Source: Squalus acanthias
Lineage: Eukaryota
Assembly (NCBI GenBank): GCA_030390025.1
Contig: JASTWF010000288.1
Span: 372,001 to 436,000, forward strand
Length of the DNA: 64,000 nucleotides
Direction of reading: 5' to 3'
Of the stretch, positions 61,420 to 64,000 are shown one piece after another. Numbering within the stretch: position 1 is the first letter of the stretch; each line of letters starts with the position of its first letter. The notes under the pieces were generated by a model. It was not told the origin of the DNA, did no database searches, and was given only the letters and a program-made list of their open reading frames with translations. The position numbers and the translations under genes were made by a program.

Positions 61420-64000
61420 TTAATGCTCTCTCTCTCTCTCTCCTCCCTGTCCCCGTATCTGTTTGTATCTCTTGCTGTCTCTCCCTCTTTCTGTCTCTCT
61501 CTCTCGCTTCCTATACCTGTTTCTTGTTCTCTGTCCTGTATCTCTCTTTTCCTCTTTGACTGTTTCTCTCTAAATGTGCCTTTTTCTGTCGCCTTTATGT
61601 TCCTCTCACCTCCCTCCATCCCTTCCCATCTCTCCAACTCTCCTTCGCTGTTCCTCTCTCACCTTCTGTCTCTGGTTTTCCCTCACTTTGTCACTATCTC
61701 CCCTTACATCCAACATGTCTTTCTCTCTCTCACCTTCCTGTCCCTCTTTCTCTAACTTTGCCCCCTTTGTCTTATTTCCATCACTCCCTGTATCTATCTC
61801 TTTTTCTTTCACCCTATCTCTTGTGCTCTCCAACTCTTATTTGTTCCCTTCACTTCCTCGCTCCATCTCTGGTTTTTCTCTCCCCCTTTTACTCTCTTTC
61901 CTCACTCTTCATATTTCTCTCTCGGTTGCTGTTCCACTCTGTTCCGCTCCCTCTCTACTTCTCGTCTCTCCCTCTGGTTATTTCACTTGCTCTCTGTTCC
62001 TTTCCCTGTCTCGCTGTTCTTTTCAATCTTACCCTCTCGTTCTCTGCTCCTTGCTGTCTGTCCCTCTCTGTCCTTCTCCCTCTCTGTTCCTCTCTTTCTC
62101 TTCCTCTCTGACTGACTCTCTATTTCCCTCACTCTCTGCTCCTCTCTTCTCCTCTCGCACTGTTACACACTTTATTCTGTTCCTCTTCCTCTGTTTTTCT
62201 CTTTTTCTAATTCTGTTACTATTACTGTATCTCCCTTTCTCTATCTGTTGGTTGTGCTTTCTGTCCCTCACTCCCTGTCTGTCACACTCACTGACCCTCT
62301 ACCTCTCGGTCCCACGATTTCTGTTTTTTTCAAAACTCTATCCCCATTCCTGTCTCTGTCCCTGTCACTCTCTGTCTCTGTCCCTGTTCTTGTCCCTGTC
62401 ACTCTCTGTCTCTGTTCCTGTCCCTGTTACTCTCTGTCTCTGTCCCTGTCCCTGTTACTCTCTGTCTCTGTTCCTGTTCTTGTCCCTGTTACTCTCTCCC
62501 TGTTCCTGTCCCTGTCACTCTCTGTCTCTGTTCCTGTTCCTGTCCCTGTCACTCTCTGTCTCTGTCCCTGTTCTTGTCTCTGTTACTCTCTCCCTGTTCC
62601 TGTACTTGTCCCTGTCACTCTCTGTCTCTGTCCCTGTTCTTGTCCCTGTCACTCTCTGTCCCTGTTCCTGTCCCTGTCACTCTCTGTCTCTGTTCCTGTT
62701 CTTGTCCCTGTTACTCTCTCCCTGTTCCTGTACTTGTCCCTGTCACTCTCTGTCCCTGTTCTTATTCCTGTCCCTGTCACTCTCTGTCTCTGTTCCTGTT
62801 CCTGTCCCTGTCACTCTCTGTCTCTGTCCCTGTTCTTGTCTCTGTTACTCTCTCCCTGTTCCTGTACTTGTCCCTGTCACTCTCTGTCTCTGTCCCTGTT
62901 CTTGTCCCTGTCACTCTCTGTCTCTGTTCCTGTCCCTGTCACTCTCTGTCTCTGTTCCTGTTCTTGTCCCTGTTACTCTCTCCCTGTTCCTGTACTTGTC
63001 CCTGTCACTCTCTGTCCCTGTTCTTATTCCTGTCCCTGTTACTCTCTGTCTTTGTTCCTGTTCTTGTCCCTGTTACTCTCTCTCCCTGTTCTTGTGCCTG
63101 TCATTCTCTGCACATGTTCCTTTCCTCTCTCTCTCTCTACCTATCCCTCTCTGTGTTATTGTCATGACCCTCTATCACTGTCTCCCTGTCCCTCTCTCTG
63201 TCTCACTCTCTGTTCCTGTCATGTCACTATCTCTCCCACTCTCTACCCGTCCCTCTCTCTGTCCCACTCTCTGTTCCTCTTCCTCTCTCTCTCTCTCTCA
63301 CTATCTGTCATGCTCTCTCTCTCACTCTTTGTCCCTGTCTCTCTCTCTCTGTATCTGTCACTCTCCCCGTACCTGTTACTCTCTCTGTACTGGTCACTCT
63401 TTCTGTCTCACTCGCTGTTCCTGTTCCTGTCCCACTCTCTTGCGCTCATTCTCTCTCTCTCTCTCTCTACCTGTTTAACTCTCTGTCTCACTCTCTGTCT
63501 CTCTCGGTACCCTTCACTCTCTGTTCCTCTCTCTCTCTACACCTGTCCCTCCCTCTGTCTCACTCTCTGTCCCTGTCTCTCTCTCTCTCTGTACCTGTCA
63601 CTCTCTCTGTCTCACTCTCTGTCCCTGTCAACCCCCCTCTCTGCACCTGTCTCTCTGTCTTGCTCTTTGTTTCTGTCACTCTCTTTGTATCATTCTCTGT
63701 TCCTGTCCCTCTCTCTCTCTCACTCCCTGTTCCTGTCCCACTCTCTCTCCCTGCCTCACTCTCTGTCCCTCTCTCTCTCTACCTGTCATTTGCTCTGTCT
63801 CACTCTCTGTCCCTGTCCCTCTCTCTTTCTCTCTCTCTCTACCTGTCATTCTCTCTCTCTCACTCGGTCCCTGTCCCCCTCTCTCTCTCTCTTCCTGTAC
63901 CTATCCCTCTCACTCTATCTCTGTCCCTGTCCCTCTCTCTTTTTCTGCACCTGTCACTCTCTCTCTCGCTCTCACTCTCTTTCTCTGTCACTCTCTGTCT
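61420..64000. repeat. Pyrimidine-rich low-complexity tract with a hexamer-based (TGTCCC/TGTTCC/ACTCTC) repeat at about 62340-63100
   Basis: C+T dominated, (CT)n runs, 6-bp periodicity. Confidence 0.95.

Noticed and set aside
61574-63478. 634-aa Leu/Ser/Cys-rich membrane protein
   Set aside because: A-poor low-complexity DNA lacks stops by composition; no domain or splice support

Overview
Eukaryotic genomic DNA, most likely from a shark or other cartilaginous fish (HE1-type V-SINE, SacSINE1/Deu-type SINE, abundant CR1 LINEs, Penelope-like element). Most of the window is transposon debris and tandem repeat. Hidden in it are the first three exons of an apparently intact, highly divergent non-classical MHC class I-like gene on the + strand: leader 26951-27017, alpha1 33100-33360 and alpha2 56345-56620. 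All junctions are phase-1 GT-AG and the mature protein starts GAHSL. The alpha2 domain lacks both canonical disulfide cysteines and, by eye, all peptide-anchoring residues are lost. Intron 2 is 23 kb, of which about 21 kb is a 33-bp minisatellite that is stop-free in all six frames and generates the giant artefactual ORFs. No alpha3 exon is visible in the window. Three islands of unique DNA also carry minus-strand splice signals that can be joined into a speculative antisense gene starting inside the MHC intron 1. The rest comprises a 25-bp satellite with a 1175-bp higher-order repeat, a 67-bp satellite targeted by several insertions, two solo LTRs, Harbinger-type MITEs, a 5'-inverted RTE, nested CR1s and a CT-rich tract.
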